NCBI GenBank assembly: GCA_965220745.1
Contig: CBDCQT010000011.1
Location: 448,001 to 512,000 of the forward strand
DNA from: Alphaproteobacteria bacterium
GTDB taxonomy: Bacteria > Pseudomonadota > Alphaproteobacteria > UBA828
Length of the DNA: 64,000 bases
Direction: 5' to 3'
Under the pieces are notes generated by a model. It was not told the DNA's origin. It worked only from the letters and a program-made list of their open reading frames with translations, and did not search any database. Positions 41,718 through 52,574 of the stretch are shown here, piece by piece. Position numbers and translations under genes: made by a program. Each line of letters begins with the position of its first letter. Position 1 is the stretch's first letter.

Positions 41718-43303
41718 TACGCCGGGTCCGTGTCGAAGAACTCGGCGAGGCGGGATTTTTGGAGCTTGCCGGTGGTGGTGAGCGGCAGCGCTCCGGCGGT
41801 GACGAAGCGGAATTCCCGCGGCACCTTGTAGGCGGCGAGGTGGGCGGAACAATGAGCGGTGAGCGCATCGGCCGTCGGCTGGGCGCCGTCGCGCGACACG
41901 ATGACCGCGGCGACCCGCTGGTCGCGCTCCGGGTCCGGCAGGCCGATCACATAGGCGAGCTCGACCTCCGGCACTTCGGTCAGCACCGCCTCGACCTCCG
42001 CCGGGGAGACGTTGATGCCGCCGGTCTTGATCATCTCCTTCAGCCTCCCGCGGAAGTGCAGGTAGCCCTCCTCGTCGACCATCCCGAGATCGCCGGTGCG
42101 GAAGTAGCCCTTGTGAAAGCTGCGCTCGTCCAGCGCCGGGTCCTTGTAGTAGCCGCAGGTGACGTAGCCCTTGACCAGAATCTCCCCGACCGAGCCGGCC
42201 GGCAGCGGCGCCAGGCTTTCGGGATCGGCGATGACGATATCGACGCCCGGCAGCGCCCGGCCCACCGTGGTAAGCCGCTTCTCCAGCGGGTCGTCCACGT
42301 CGGTGACGTTGGAATTGCCGTAGGTCTCGGTCAGCCCGTAGATGTTGCAGGTATCGGTGACGCCGAGGTCGATCAGGCGCTTGATCTGCTCCGGCGAGCC
42401 CAGCGTCGCTCCGGTGCGGAGCGAGGAGATGTCGCGTGCCGGCCGCTCCGGATGCTGCTCCAGCGCATGCACCATGTTGGGCGTGCCGTAGAAGACGGTG
42501 CAGCGCTCGGTCTCGATCAGGCGCAGCGCGCGGCCCGCGTCGAAGTGTTCCTGCAGCACGACGCAGCCGGCGTGGGTCATCACGGCGAAGAGCGCATTCT
42601 CGCAGCCGAGGCCCCAGAAGAGCGAAACCGCCAGCCAGAGCCTGTCGCCCGCGCGCAGGTGCAGGCGCTCACCGATGTTCCACATGTTCTCGATCAGGGC
42701 GTAGTGCTGCAGCTGCACGCCCTTGGGCAGCGCCGTGGTGCCCGAGGTGTAGAGCAGGTAGGCAACGTCCTCGCCGCGCACGGCGGCCTGGGCGCTCTCG
42801 ATCGTCGCATCGTCGACGGTCTCCGCCAGGTCCCACAGGGTCTCGAAGCGCCGCGCCGGGTGATCGGCCGGGCCGCCGACGCGCACGATCTCTCGCACGC
42901 CCGCCAGCGCTTCGCCGTCGCGGGCGAGCGCGTCGAGGGTCTCCAGGTAGTCGTACTTGAGGAAGCGATCGACCGTGATCAGGAACTTGGTGTCCGAATG
43001 GCTGAGCACGTGGGCGAGCTCGCGCGCCGTCGCCCAGGTGTTGATGGCGACCATGGTGCCGCCGAGGAGCGTGATGGCGAAATCCGCGAGGAGCCACTCG
43101 GGCCGGTTGCCCATCAGCAGGCCGACCTTGTCGCCCCGGCGGACGCCGAGCGCGAAGAGGCCTTTCGCCAGCCGGCGCACCTCGTCCCGCAGCCCGCGAT
43201 AGCTGAGCCGCGTCTCGCCCCCGATGAGCGCCTCCTGGTCGGGGTAGCGCGCCGCCAGCTCGTCCAGCAGGTCAGGGATGGTCTTCGCGTCGGGCGCTTG
43301 CAT
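41717..43303 (-). CDS. Acyl-CoA synthetase (AMP-binding)
   Basis: LLYTSGTTALPKGV, IYGLTET, FRTGDLG, GRLKEMIKTGG.NV.P.EVE, LPLTTTGK. Confidence 0.92.
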   Translation of the reverse strand: MQAPDAKTIPDLLDELAARYPDQEALIGGETRLSYRGLRDEVRRLAKGLFALGVRRGDKVGLLMGNRPEWLLADFAITLLGGTMVAINTWATARELAHVLSHSDTKFLITVDRFLKYDYLETLDALARDGEALAGVREIVRVGGPADHPARRFETLWDLAETVDDATIESAQAAVRGEDVAYLLYTSGTTALPKGVQLQHYALIENMWNIGERLHLRAGDRLWLAVSLFWGLGCENALFAVMTHAGCVVLQEHFDAGRALRLIETERCTVFYGTPNMVHALEQHPERPARDISSLRTGATLGSPEQIKRLIDLGVTDTCNIYGLTETYGNSNVTDVDDPLEKRLTTVGRALPGVDIVIADPESLAPLPAGSVGEILVKGYVTCGYYKDPALDERSFHKGYFRTGDLGMVDEEGYLHFRGRLKEMIKTGGINVSPAEVEAVLTEVPEVELAYVIGLPDPERDQRVAAVIVSRDGAQPTADALTAHCSAHLAAYKVPREFRFVTAGALPLTTTGKLQKSRLAEFFDTDPA

Positions 43304-43501
43304 GGTGCCGGTGTCGCCAAGGGGATCGGTCGCCGGAGAATAGTCCGCGCGCGGGGGCGGGTGAACCGTCCCGCCCGAAGTTGTAGGTTAGCGGCGGCGT
43401 GTGCCTCTCGGCTTCTCCAGCCTGAGGGGCGCCCGCTGCCCGAACACAAGCTCTCCCGCCCCCGTCAAATCTCCTCTCCGCAAGGCAGGACGCACGAAAC
43501 G

Positions 43502-44647
43502 ATGGCCAACGACGTATCGACGATGCACCCCGACGACGCGGCAGAATGGCGCGCGCGCAACGTGCCGGTCTTCAACGAGAACCGCTTCAAGCTCGGCGTG
43601 TTCGGGCAGAACTGCTCCAACGGCTGCACCATCACGCACGCCGAGACGACCTTCGAGCCCACCTACGAGCACAACGTGAAGATCAGCCAGCTCGCCGATC
43701 GCCTCGGCTTCGAGCTCCTGGTCCCGGTCGGGCGGTGGCGGCACTTCGGCGGAACCACGCAGTTCAACGGCAACAACCTGGAGGTCTACACCTGGGCCGC
43801 CGCCATGGCCTGCCACACGACGGACATCATGGTCTTCGCCACCTCGCACGTGCCGACGGTGCATCCCATCTTCGCCGCCAAACAGGCCGCCACCATCGAC
43901 AACATTTCGAGCGGGCGCTTCGGCCTCAACGTCGTCTGCGGCTGGTTCAAGCCGGAGATCGAGATGTTCGGCATGGACCAGCTCGACCACGACGAGCGTT
44001 ACGTCATGGCGGACGAATGGCTCTCCATCGTGAAGCGGCTCTGGGCCGAGGACGATTTCGACCACGAGGGGGCGTACTACAGGGTCAACCAGGGATTCCT
44101 GGCGCCGAAGCCGATCCAGCGGCCCCACCCGGTGGTGATCAACGCGGGCTCCTCGGCGGCGGGCCGCGAGTTCTCCGCCAAGCTCGCCGATTTCAACTTT
44201 CTCTCGATCACCACGATGGAGAAGGCGCAAGAGATCGTGAAGGACATCCACGCCCGCGCCGCCAATCACGGCCGCCAGTGCGGCGTGATGAGCTACGGCC
44301 TGGTGTGCTGCCGCGATACCGAGGTGGAGGCGCAGGCTCTCTACCAACGTATCGTGGACGAGGGCGACTGGGGCGCAACCAACACGATCATCGAGCTCAT
44401 GCTTGGCGAGAACTACTCCTACGGCTCGAACAAGGAGCAGCTTCGCGCCATGGGCGAGCGCTTCATCGCCGGCTGGGGCGGCTACCCGCTGGTGGGCACG
44501 CCGGAGCAGGTGGTCGACAAGATGCTCGCCATCGCCGACATCGGCGTCGAAGGATTCATCCTCTCGTGGCTCGATTACCACGAGGAGCTGAAATACTTCG
44601 GCGAGAAGGTGATGCCGCTGATGCGACAGGCGGGGCTGCGCATCTAG
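43502..44647 (+). CDS. LLM-class (luciferase-like) flavin-dependent monooxygenase
   Basis: NRFKLGVFG.N, AD.LGFE..VP.GRW..FGG, HP.FAAKQ.ATID.IS.GRFGLNVV.GW, PKPIQ.P.P...NAG.S..G..F. Confidence 0.9.
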   Translation: MANDVSTMHPDDAAEWRARNVPVFNENRFKLGVFGQNCSNGCTITHAETTFEPTYEHNVKISQLADRLGFELLVPVGRWRHFGGTTQFNGNNLEVYTWAAAMACHTTDIMVFATSHVPTVHPIFAAKQAATIDNISSGRFGLNVVCGWFKPEIEMFGMDQLDHDERYVMADEWLSIVKRLWAEDDFDHEGAYYRVNQGFLAPKPIQRPHPVVINAGSSAAGREFSAKLADFNFLSITTMEKAQEIVKDIHARAANHGRQCGVMSYGLVCCRDTEVEAQALYQRIVDEGDWGATNTIIELMLGENYSYGSNKEQLRAMGERFIAGWGGYPLVGTPEQVVDKMLAIADIGVEGFILSWLDYHEELKYFGEKVMPLMRQAGLRI

Positions 44648-44776
44648 GCAGACCACCGCTGTAAGCCCTGCACCAAGTGGAGCGGACGAGACCAGAACTT
44701 GTTCAGGTTCCGCAGTCGCGGCGGTATGGGATAGAGTAGCCGCCGCAAGCCGAACGGAGGGCAGAGGACGGGGCCT

Positions 44777-45274
44777 ATGTCCGACTACACGACCGAGCTC
44801 GGATCGCTCGACGACTACCGCAAGGGCGGGGTCCACATCATCAACGACGATCCGCGCAACTACGTCTTCTCCAACGTGTTCGAGGTGGCCGGCAAGTCGG
44901 CGCCGTTCGAGCGCGTGTGCGTCGCCAAGAACCTGGAGTACGCGATCGAGATCATGCGCGTCGAAGGCGCCTCGCCCTGGTTCACGGCGGGCCACGACGA
45001 GTTCGCGCTCTGCCTCGACGGCCGGATCGAGGTCGAGCTGATGAAGCATGGCGGCGACGCGCCGGAGGGCGACGGCGCGCACGCGCTTGACGGCGACCCC
45101 GACGGCCCCCGTATGGGCCGCATCCGCGCCGGGCGCGGCCACCTGACCCTGCTGCCGGCACAGGCCGCCTACCGCTTCTCGGCCGAGGCGCCGAGCGTGG
45201 TCCTGTTCCAGACGATCGACGGCCCGCTTACGATCGAGCGCTGGGCCGAGATCTGCCAGACCGGCGAGGAGTGA
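44777..45274 (+). CDS. Hydroquinone 1,2-dioxygenase small subunit (HapC/PnpC1/HqdA-like)
   Basis: GSL..Y.KGGV.IINDDPRNYVFSNVFEVA..S.P.E.V.VAKNLEY, C-terminal ERWAEIC. Confidence 0.82.
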   Translation: MSDYTTELGSLDDYRKGGVHIINDDPRNYVFSNVFEVAGKSAPFERVCVAKNLEYAIEIMRVEGASPWFTAGHDEFALCLDGRIEVELMKHGGDAPEGDGAHALDGDPDGPRMGRIRAGRGHLTLLPAQAAYRFSAEAPSVVLFQTIDGPLTIERWAEICQTGEE

Positions 45275-45279
45275 GAGCG

Positions 45280-46272
45280 ATGTCCGCACAGACCGCACAG
45301 GCCGCCTACACGGCCTCCGATCCCGACAACTACACCGGCTATCGCACCTTCCAGATCGGCGGCTTCGGCTTTCGCCGCGACGAGTATTTCGCCTACGTCT
45401 CCTGGCCGGACGGCTCACATCTCATGCCGGTGGACGCCTTCCTGCGCGCGCTGGTGCGCGAGGTGGCGTGGAACTTCTTCTACGGCACCCTCAACTTCGA
45501 CGACGTGTTCGGCACCACCAACCTCTACGGCCAGGTCGAGCTCTACATCGGGCGCTTCAACGACGCCTACCGCGACAACGGCCGCGACTATTCGGAGACG
45601 ATCGATTCCGACGACCTGCGGGCGACCTTCCAGGCGATGCTCGACGACTGGACCAACGCCGGTTACGACCCCTTCACGGCACCGCAGGAGACCGCGCAGC
45701 CCTTCGGCCGCAAGAGCGGGCGCAACCCCGAGGCCCTCGGCCGCGTGCGGGTGACGGCGAAGCGCATGGTGGGCCTGCCCGACGATGCGCCGCTCAGGAC
45801 CGACGAGAGCGGTTACCCGGTCAACCGCATGTTCGCCGACGTGGCGCAGGACGAGCCGGAGGTCGAGATCGAGCCCGGCTTCGAGGACGAGGTGCAGTCC
45901 TTCAACCTCTTCGCCTACCTTTCGCGCTCGGACGTGACCTGGAACCCGTCCGTCTGCTCCGTGGTGAAGGACAGCCTGTTCTGCCCCACGTCGGAGGAGT
46001 TCATCCTGCCGGTGGAGCATGGCAACGACCGCGTCGAGTGGTTCATCCAGCTCTCCGACGAGATCGTCTGGGAGGTGAAGGACAAGCATTCGGGCGACCC
46101 CCGCGCGGTGGTGACCATGCGGGCCGGTGATGTCGCCTGCATGCCGGCCGACATCCGCCACCAGGGCTTCTCGCCCAAGCGCTCGATGCTGCTGGTGTGG
46201 GAGAACGCCTCGCCGGCGATTCCCGAGATGATCGCCAAGGGCGAGGCGCCGATCGTGCCCGTGCGCTTCTAG
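45280..46272 (+). CDS. Hydroquinone 1,2-dioxygenase large subunit (HapD/PnpC2/HqdB-like)
   Basis: F.RDEYF, FLRA..R.VAW.FFYG..NFD, FNLF.YLSRSDVTWNPSV.SV, Fe ligand motifs LPVEHGNDRVEWF and DIRHQG; alternative GTG 45271. Confidence 0.85.
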   Translation: MSAQTAQAAYTASDPDNYTGYRTFQIGGFGFRRDEYFAYVSWPDGSHLMPVDAFLRALVREVAWNFFYGTLNFDDVFGTTNLYGQVELYIGRFNDAYRDNGRDYSETIDSDDLRATFQAMLDDWTNAGYDPFTAPQETAQPFGRKSGRNPEALGRVRVTAKRMVGLPDDAPLRTDESGYPVNRMFADVAQDEPEVEIEPGFEDEVQSFNLFAYLSRSDVTWNPSVCSVVKDSLFCPTSEEFILPVEHGNDRVEWFIQLSDEIVWEVKDKHSGDPRAVVTMRAGDVACMPADIRHQGFSPKRSMLLVWENASPAIPEMIAKGEAPIVPVRF

Positions 46273-46332
46273 CCGCCCGGCGCCCGTCCTCTCACCCTTG
46301 CACGTACGTTTGCGTCCCGGCGCGCCCGGCGC

Positions 46333-47199
46333 ATGACCGAGATCGTCCCGCTCGCGGACGCGGTGTCGTCGCTCATTCATGACGGCGATACCGTCGCCAT
46401 GGAGGGGTTCACCCACCTGATCCCCCATGCCGCCGGCCACGCCGTGATCCGCGCGGGGCTCAGGGACCTCACCGCGGTGCGAATGACGCCGGACCTGATC
46501 TACGACCAGCTCATCGGCATGGGCTGCGTCAAGAAGCTGGTGTTCTCCTGGGGCGGCAATCCGGGGGTGGGCTCGCTGCACCGCTTCCGCGATGCGGTGG
46601 AGAAGGGCTGGCCCCGGCCGCTGGAGATCGAGGAGCGGAGCCACGCCGACCTCGCCAATGCTTACGTCGCGGGTGCGAGCGGGCTGCCCTTCTCGGTGAT
46701 CCGGGGCTATGTCGGCTCCGACCTGCCGGCGCACAACCCGATCATCAAGTTCATCACCTGCCCCTTCACCGGGGAAAAGCTCGCAGCCAGCCCCGCCATT
46801 TGCCCCGACATCGCGGTGATCCACGCCCAGCAGGCCGACCGCAAGGGCAACGTCATGCTCTGGGGCATCTCCGGCGTGCAGAAGGAGGTGGCACTCGCGA
46901 GCCGGAAGGTGCTCGTCACGGTGGAGGAGGTCGTGGACGAGCTGGAGCCCCGGCCTGGTGCGGTGCACCTGCCGCACTGGGTGGTGAGCGCGGTCTCGCC
47001 CGCGCCCGGCGGCGCCAGGCCCTCCTACGCGCTCGGCTACTACAAGCGGGACAATACGTTCTACGAGGCTTGGGACGGGATCGCGCGGTCGCGCGAAGCG
47101 TTCACCGCCTGGATGGAGCGCCACGTCCTCGGCACCGAGGATTTCGCGGACTTCGAGCGGAGCGTCGCGGCCGCGGCGGTTGCCGAGGGCGCTCGCTAG
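46333..47199 (+). CDS. pcaI: CoA-transferase subunit A (3-oxoadipate CoA-transferase PcaI/CatI type)
   Basis: DGDTVAMEGFTHLIP.AAGH, RMTPDLIYDQLIGMG, FSWGGNPGVGSLHRFRDAVE. Confidence 0.8.
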   Translation: MTEIVPLADAVSSLIHDGDTVAMEGFTHLIPHAAGHAVIRAGLRDLTAVRMTPDLIYDQLIGMGCVKKLVFSWGGNPGVGSLHRFRDAVEKGWPRPLEIEERSHADLANAYVAGASGLPFSVIRGYVGSDLPAHNPIIKFITCPFTGEKLAASPAICPDIAVIHAQQADRKGNVMLWGISGVQKEVALASRKVLVTVEEVVDELEPRPGAVHLPHWVVSAVSPAPGGARPSYALGYYKRDNTFYEAWDGIARSREAFTAWMERHVLGTEDFADFERSVAAAAVAEGAR

Positions 47200-47240
47200 G
47201 CGTAGATAGAGGCCGCGCTGCCCATCGGGCGGTGGACCGC

Positions 47241-47330
47241 GGAGGGGTGCCGGAGTGGTCGAACGGGGCGGTCTCGAAAACCGTTGTACGCGCGAGCGTA
47301 CCGTGGGTTCGAATCCCACCCCCTCCGCCA
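47241..47330 (+). tRNA. tRNA-Ser(CGA)
   Basis: GGAGGGG...CCCCTCCGCCA acceptor stem, anticodon loop CTCGAAA, long variable arm, GTTCGAATC. Confidence 0.95.
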
Positions 47331-47482
47331 CCTCATCCCCGAATGGAGGTTCTCACGGGCGGCGACGGAGTTGCTCAAACTCTTCAGCAGAATTTGTTCG
47401 AGCCTAGTTCGTTGAAGGCGTCGACGCTTGGCTGAACGACCTCTCCGCTGGCCTTCTCAGCGACTTTTAACCAGCGCCCTGA

Positions 47483-49382
47483 TCAAAAAACAACGCGCAG
47501 GCCTACGTTCACCAGGTGGTCGCTGCGAGAGCCGTCGCCGGTGCGGCCTGAATAACCCAGCACGGCGGTCGCCTGCCCACCGAGGCTCATGGAAACGCCG
47601 AGATCGACGCTCAGCCAGTCCTCGGGCGGCACGAAGCCTTCCGCCGTGAACTGCCCGTTCATGGTGTTGGAGCCTGCCGTGACCGAGACGGGGTCGCCAT
47701 CGAGCTCCTTGGCATAGGCGGCGGCGGCGTAGGGACGAATGCCGAGGCTCTCCGAGCCCGCCTCGAACGAGAACCGGTAGCCGGCGCGGGCGACGAGGGA
47801 GCCGCGCTCGAACGCGGCAAAGTTCATGGCGGTGGAGGAGGTTCCGCTCTCGCGGTAGCCGTCCACCTCCTGATCGAGCCAGGAGAGGCCGAGCACCGGA
47901 CCGTGGCGGGTCCCCTCCGCCTCCCCCATCGTCCAGCCGAGGCCAAAATCGACGCCAACCTGACGCCCTGCCGTCGAGCCGCGCTCGGTGTTGACCGCCG
48001 GCCCGAGGGTCATGGAGCGCTCGATGTCCACTCCGGTTCTGCCCAGGTTCACCGCGCCGCTGAGCTGCAGTCCGCCTTGCCGCCAGGTTCCGTGCAGGGA
48101 GCCGACGGCCGTCTCGCTCTCGAGGGCGGCACCCTGGACGCCGTTGTCGTGGCGGCCCAGGCTGAGCGCCACGCCCCACCGGAAATCGCGCGACGCCCGC
48201 TGGCCTAAGCCTAGGGTCACGGCTTGCTCGTCGACCTGTGCCTCGCCGAGACGCGGCGGGGCCTCGACCGCGCGCCGGCCCGTGTGCGCAACCGCGTAGC
48301 TGTGCCAACGCCTGACCGTATACTTTCGATCGGTAAGCTGCTCGGCCGCGATGATGCTGCGGTGCGCCGCCACCGCCGCCTCGCCCGCTTCGCCGGCGAG
48401 CGAAACCTGGAGCGGCGCCTTAAGGGTTGCCGTCACCACACTTGCGAGGATCGCGTGTGCCCCCCCGCTCGGGTGCTTGTCGTCCGCGAACAGGTGGGTT
48501 CGGTTGGTGCCGGGCTCATAGGTGACTGGCGAGCCCGAGCCCGCCGGGGCGCAGACGATCGAATTAATTTCCCGGCTGACCGGCGCGCAGGCCGTCCCGG
48601 CGACACTGGTGAAGCCGTACCTCTCAGGGGTCGCCAGAAGCGTGTTGAACAGGCCGAAGGTATCGATGGGAACAATTCCGTCGTCCGTCGTCGAGCGTGC
48701 CGAGGCCCGCGTTCAGCGCCTGGTTGTAGGCCGTAACAAGCGCGGTCAGCGTCGGCGGGAAGCTCGGATCGGGGATACTCTGGGCAAACGGAGTCTGTCC
48801 CGCATCGGGCAGGTTGAGGACCACGATATGGCGCGCGCCGGCTTGCTGCAGGCGCTGGATTTCGCCCACATAGCGCTGTGCCGTCGCTGGGATGGCTGCC
48901 TGAGGATTGACGGGCTCACCCGCCGCGACGGCCTCGAGAACGGCAACGAGGTCGTTGCTCCCGGCCCAGACGGCGTAAAGGTGGTTCGGATCGGCCTCCC
49001 CCTGGGCACGCGTCAAGAGGTGCTGATCGATCTGTTGGTCGATCCTCGGCATTTCGATCCGGCCGAGCACCGGCACGGTGACGTGGCAAGGGATGTTCCT
49101 GTTCACGCAAGCGCCGCCGACAGCGAAGTTCGTGCCCCCGGCGAGCGAGGGTCCTCCCGGCACGCCGTAGGTCTCGGCCACGATTTCGGCCCAGATCGGG
49201 TCGGGGTTGGTGGTGAAGCTGCTTCCCGCCGGCAGCCCCAGCGGCAGCGCTTTGACCACGTTGCCGGAATCGCTCAGGCTGTCGCCGAAGACGACGACGG
49301 CGTCGTAGTCCTGTGCCCGAACGCCGGAGGCGCAGGCGACGATCGCGACGGCAACAAGGAAAGCGCGGATGTGAAGACGCAT
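47483..49382 (-). pseudogene. GDSL esterase autotransporter (EstA/ApeE-like), frameshifted
   Basis: Signal peptide, FGDSLSDSGN, NFAVGGA and WAGSND are in one frame. HLFADDKHPS and the beta-barrel ending VGLRVVF are in another. An exact TCCGTCG x2 at 48677-48690 accounts for the shift. Confidence 0.85.
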
Positions 49383-49532
49383 CAGATGGCTCCCTTACGG
49401 CACGTGGCCAGCGCCCGCGACGGCCAGAGGACCATCCGACACAGCGCTGACTCTCGGCCCTGTCTCCAAGCGACGAGCGCGTTCGCGCACCACTATCGAC
49501 TCTCGCCGCCGTCTGCGCCACCGGCCGGCGTG

Positions 49533-50422
49533 CTAGGACGCACCGTCCTCCACGGCGAGCAAAGCGGCAAGGCCGGCACGGTAATTCGGGTAGCGCAGCG
49601 TGACGCCCAGCTCGGCCTTGATGCGGGCGTTGGAGACCCGCCGGCTATCGGCATAGAAGCTCCGCGCCATCGGCGAGAGGTCCGCGTCCTCCAGGGGCAT
49701 GAGCGGCGGCGGCGCGACGCCCAGAAGGGTACAGGCGTGCGCGACGACGTCCGCTGCGGGCGCAGGCTCGTCGTCGCACACATTATATATGGCGCCTGCG
49801 TGGGGCTTGGCGATGGAGGTCGCCAGCACCTGCGCGATGTCGGCCACGTGAATGCGCGAGAAGACCTGCCCCGGCTTATCGATGCGCTTGGCTGTCCCGC
49901 GCCTCACCGCAGCCAGCGCGTTGCGACCCTGCCCGTAGATCCCGGCCAGACGAAAGACGTGCACGGCGAGGCCGTGTTCTGCGCCGAGGGCGAGCCAACT
50001 CCGTTCCGCCTCGACCCGGCGCTTCCCGCGCGCGCCGGTGGGCGCAAGTGGGGCGTTCTCGTCAACCCAGGCGCCGCCGGTATCGCCGTAGACCCCGGTG
50101 GTCGAGAGATAGCCGATCCATTCAAGGCCCTCCAGGGCGGCAATGTCGGTGCCGTGGCAGTCGAAAGCCGGATCGCCCTCTGCGTCCGGTGGGATCGAGA
50201 GAAGAATGTGGGTCGCGCCGGCGAGGCACCGCGCCGGGTCCGCAAGCGGCGCCTCGCGCGAGAAAAGGACGGCATCGACGCCTGCCTCCGCCAACGCCTG
50301 GCAACCTTCCGGCGTTCGGCAGGTGCCGGCGAGCATCCAGCCGACAGGGCCGAGCAGCGCGCCCAGGGCAGACGCGCTAAACCCGTAGCCGAAGCAGAAC
50401 AGCCGCTTGCCGCGCGCCGTCG

Positions 50423-50426
<4 letters not shown>
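49533..50426 (-). CDS. NAD-dependent epimerase/dehydratase (atypical SDR)
   Basis: FGYGFSA, YLSTTGVYGD..G.WVDE, FRLAGIYG.GR, FSRIHV.DIA, YNVCDD.P; ATGA overlap with queG. Confidence 0.88.
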
Positions 50427-51594
<1,168 letters not shown>

Positions 51595-51598
<4 letters not shown>

Positions 51599-52092
51599 TT
51601 TCTCCCCGCACCTTCGATCATCATGTCGAGTGCGGTCGCCACGGTGGCAAGGCGGACAGCGCCGCGATCGCCCTCGTAGACCACGCGCCGGTGAAGGACC
51701 GCTCCGCCTGGCCCGGCGCAGGCGTGGTGCACCAGGCCGACCGGCTTGGTTGCCGTCCCCCCGCCGGGGCCCGCGATGCCGGTTACCGCGACGGCGAGGG
51801 TGGCGTTGGAGCGGGCGAGCGCGCCTTCCGCCATCGCCCGTGCTACCTCCTCGCTGACCGCGCCCACGCGCATCAGAAACTCTTCGGGCACGCCGAGCAT
51901 GTCCCGCTTCGCGTTGTTGGCGTAAGTCACGAAGCCGCGGTCCACCACATCCGATGAGCCAGCGATCTCGGTCAGGCAGGCGGCGATCAGCCCGCCGGTG
52001 CAGGATTCCGCCGTGGCGACGCGCAAGCCCTCCGCCCGGCAGAGCGAGAGGAGACGCTCGGCCCGCTCGATGATGTCCGCGGGGAAGGTCAC
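51595..52092 (-). CDS. cinA: CinA C-terminal domain / NMN deamidase PncC
   Basis: ATAESCTGGLIA, GSS....GFVTY.N.AK..LGV, GAVS..VA..MA.G, VTGIAGPGGG..KPVGLV. Confidence 0.9.
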
Positions 52093-52574
52093 AGCCATAC
52101 CCAGACGTTCCAGAGCAGCACCGCCGCCAGGGCGCCGGCGACGATGTCGTCGAGCATCACGCCGAACCCGCCCTTTACCCGCCGGTCGAGCAGGCTGATG
52201 GGCCAGGGCTTCACCACGTCGAACAGGCGGAACAACACGAAGCCCACCGCGTAGAGGGCGACGGTCGGCGGCACCAGAAGCAGGGCGACCCACTGGCCAG
52301 CCACCTCGTCGACCACGATGGCGGATGAATCGCGGACCCCGGTGCGGCGCTCATAGGCGCCGGCCGCCCAGATGCCGATCACGATGAGCACGAGGGTGGC
52401 GATGGCGAGGCCGAGCGTGCCGGTGTAAGTCCGGATCAGCCAGGCGAGGGGCAGCGCCAAGGCCGACGCCACCGTCCCCGGCGCCCAGCGCACGAGGCCC
52501 ACGCCGAAACAGGTCGCGATCAGGGTCGCCGGATCGCGCAGGTCAAGGCGGGCCGGCTCCGCTTCAGCGGTCAT
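52089..52574 (-). CDS. pgpA: Phosphatidylglycerophosphatase A
   Basis: APGT..S, D...[21 protein letters not shown]...D...GG.GVMLDD. Confidence 0.93.
   Translation of the reverse strand: MTAEAEPARLDLRDPATLIATCFGVGLVRWAPGTVASALALPLAWLIRTYTGTLGLAIATLVLIVIGIWAAGAYERRTGVRDSSAIVVDEVAGQWVALLLVPPTVALYAVGFVLFRLFDVVKPWPISLLDRRVKGGFGVMLDDIVAGALAAVLLWNVWVWL

Noticed and set aside
41759-44647. 962-aa ORF suggesting a fused monooxygenase
   Set aside because: The N-terminal part is antisense to the acyl-CoA ligase. The real LLM gene starts at ATG 43502 with its own RBS.
47241-49533. Genomic island integrated at tRNA-Ser
   Set aside because: No integrase was seen and no duplicated tRNA 3' end (att site). 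Only a short AT-richer spacer is present.
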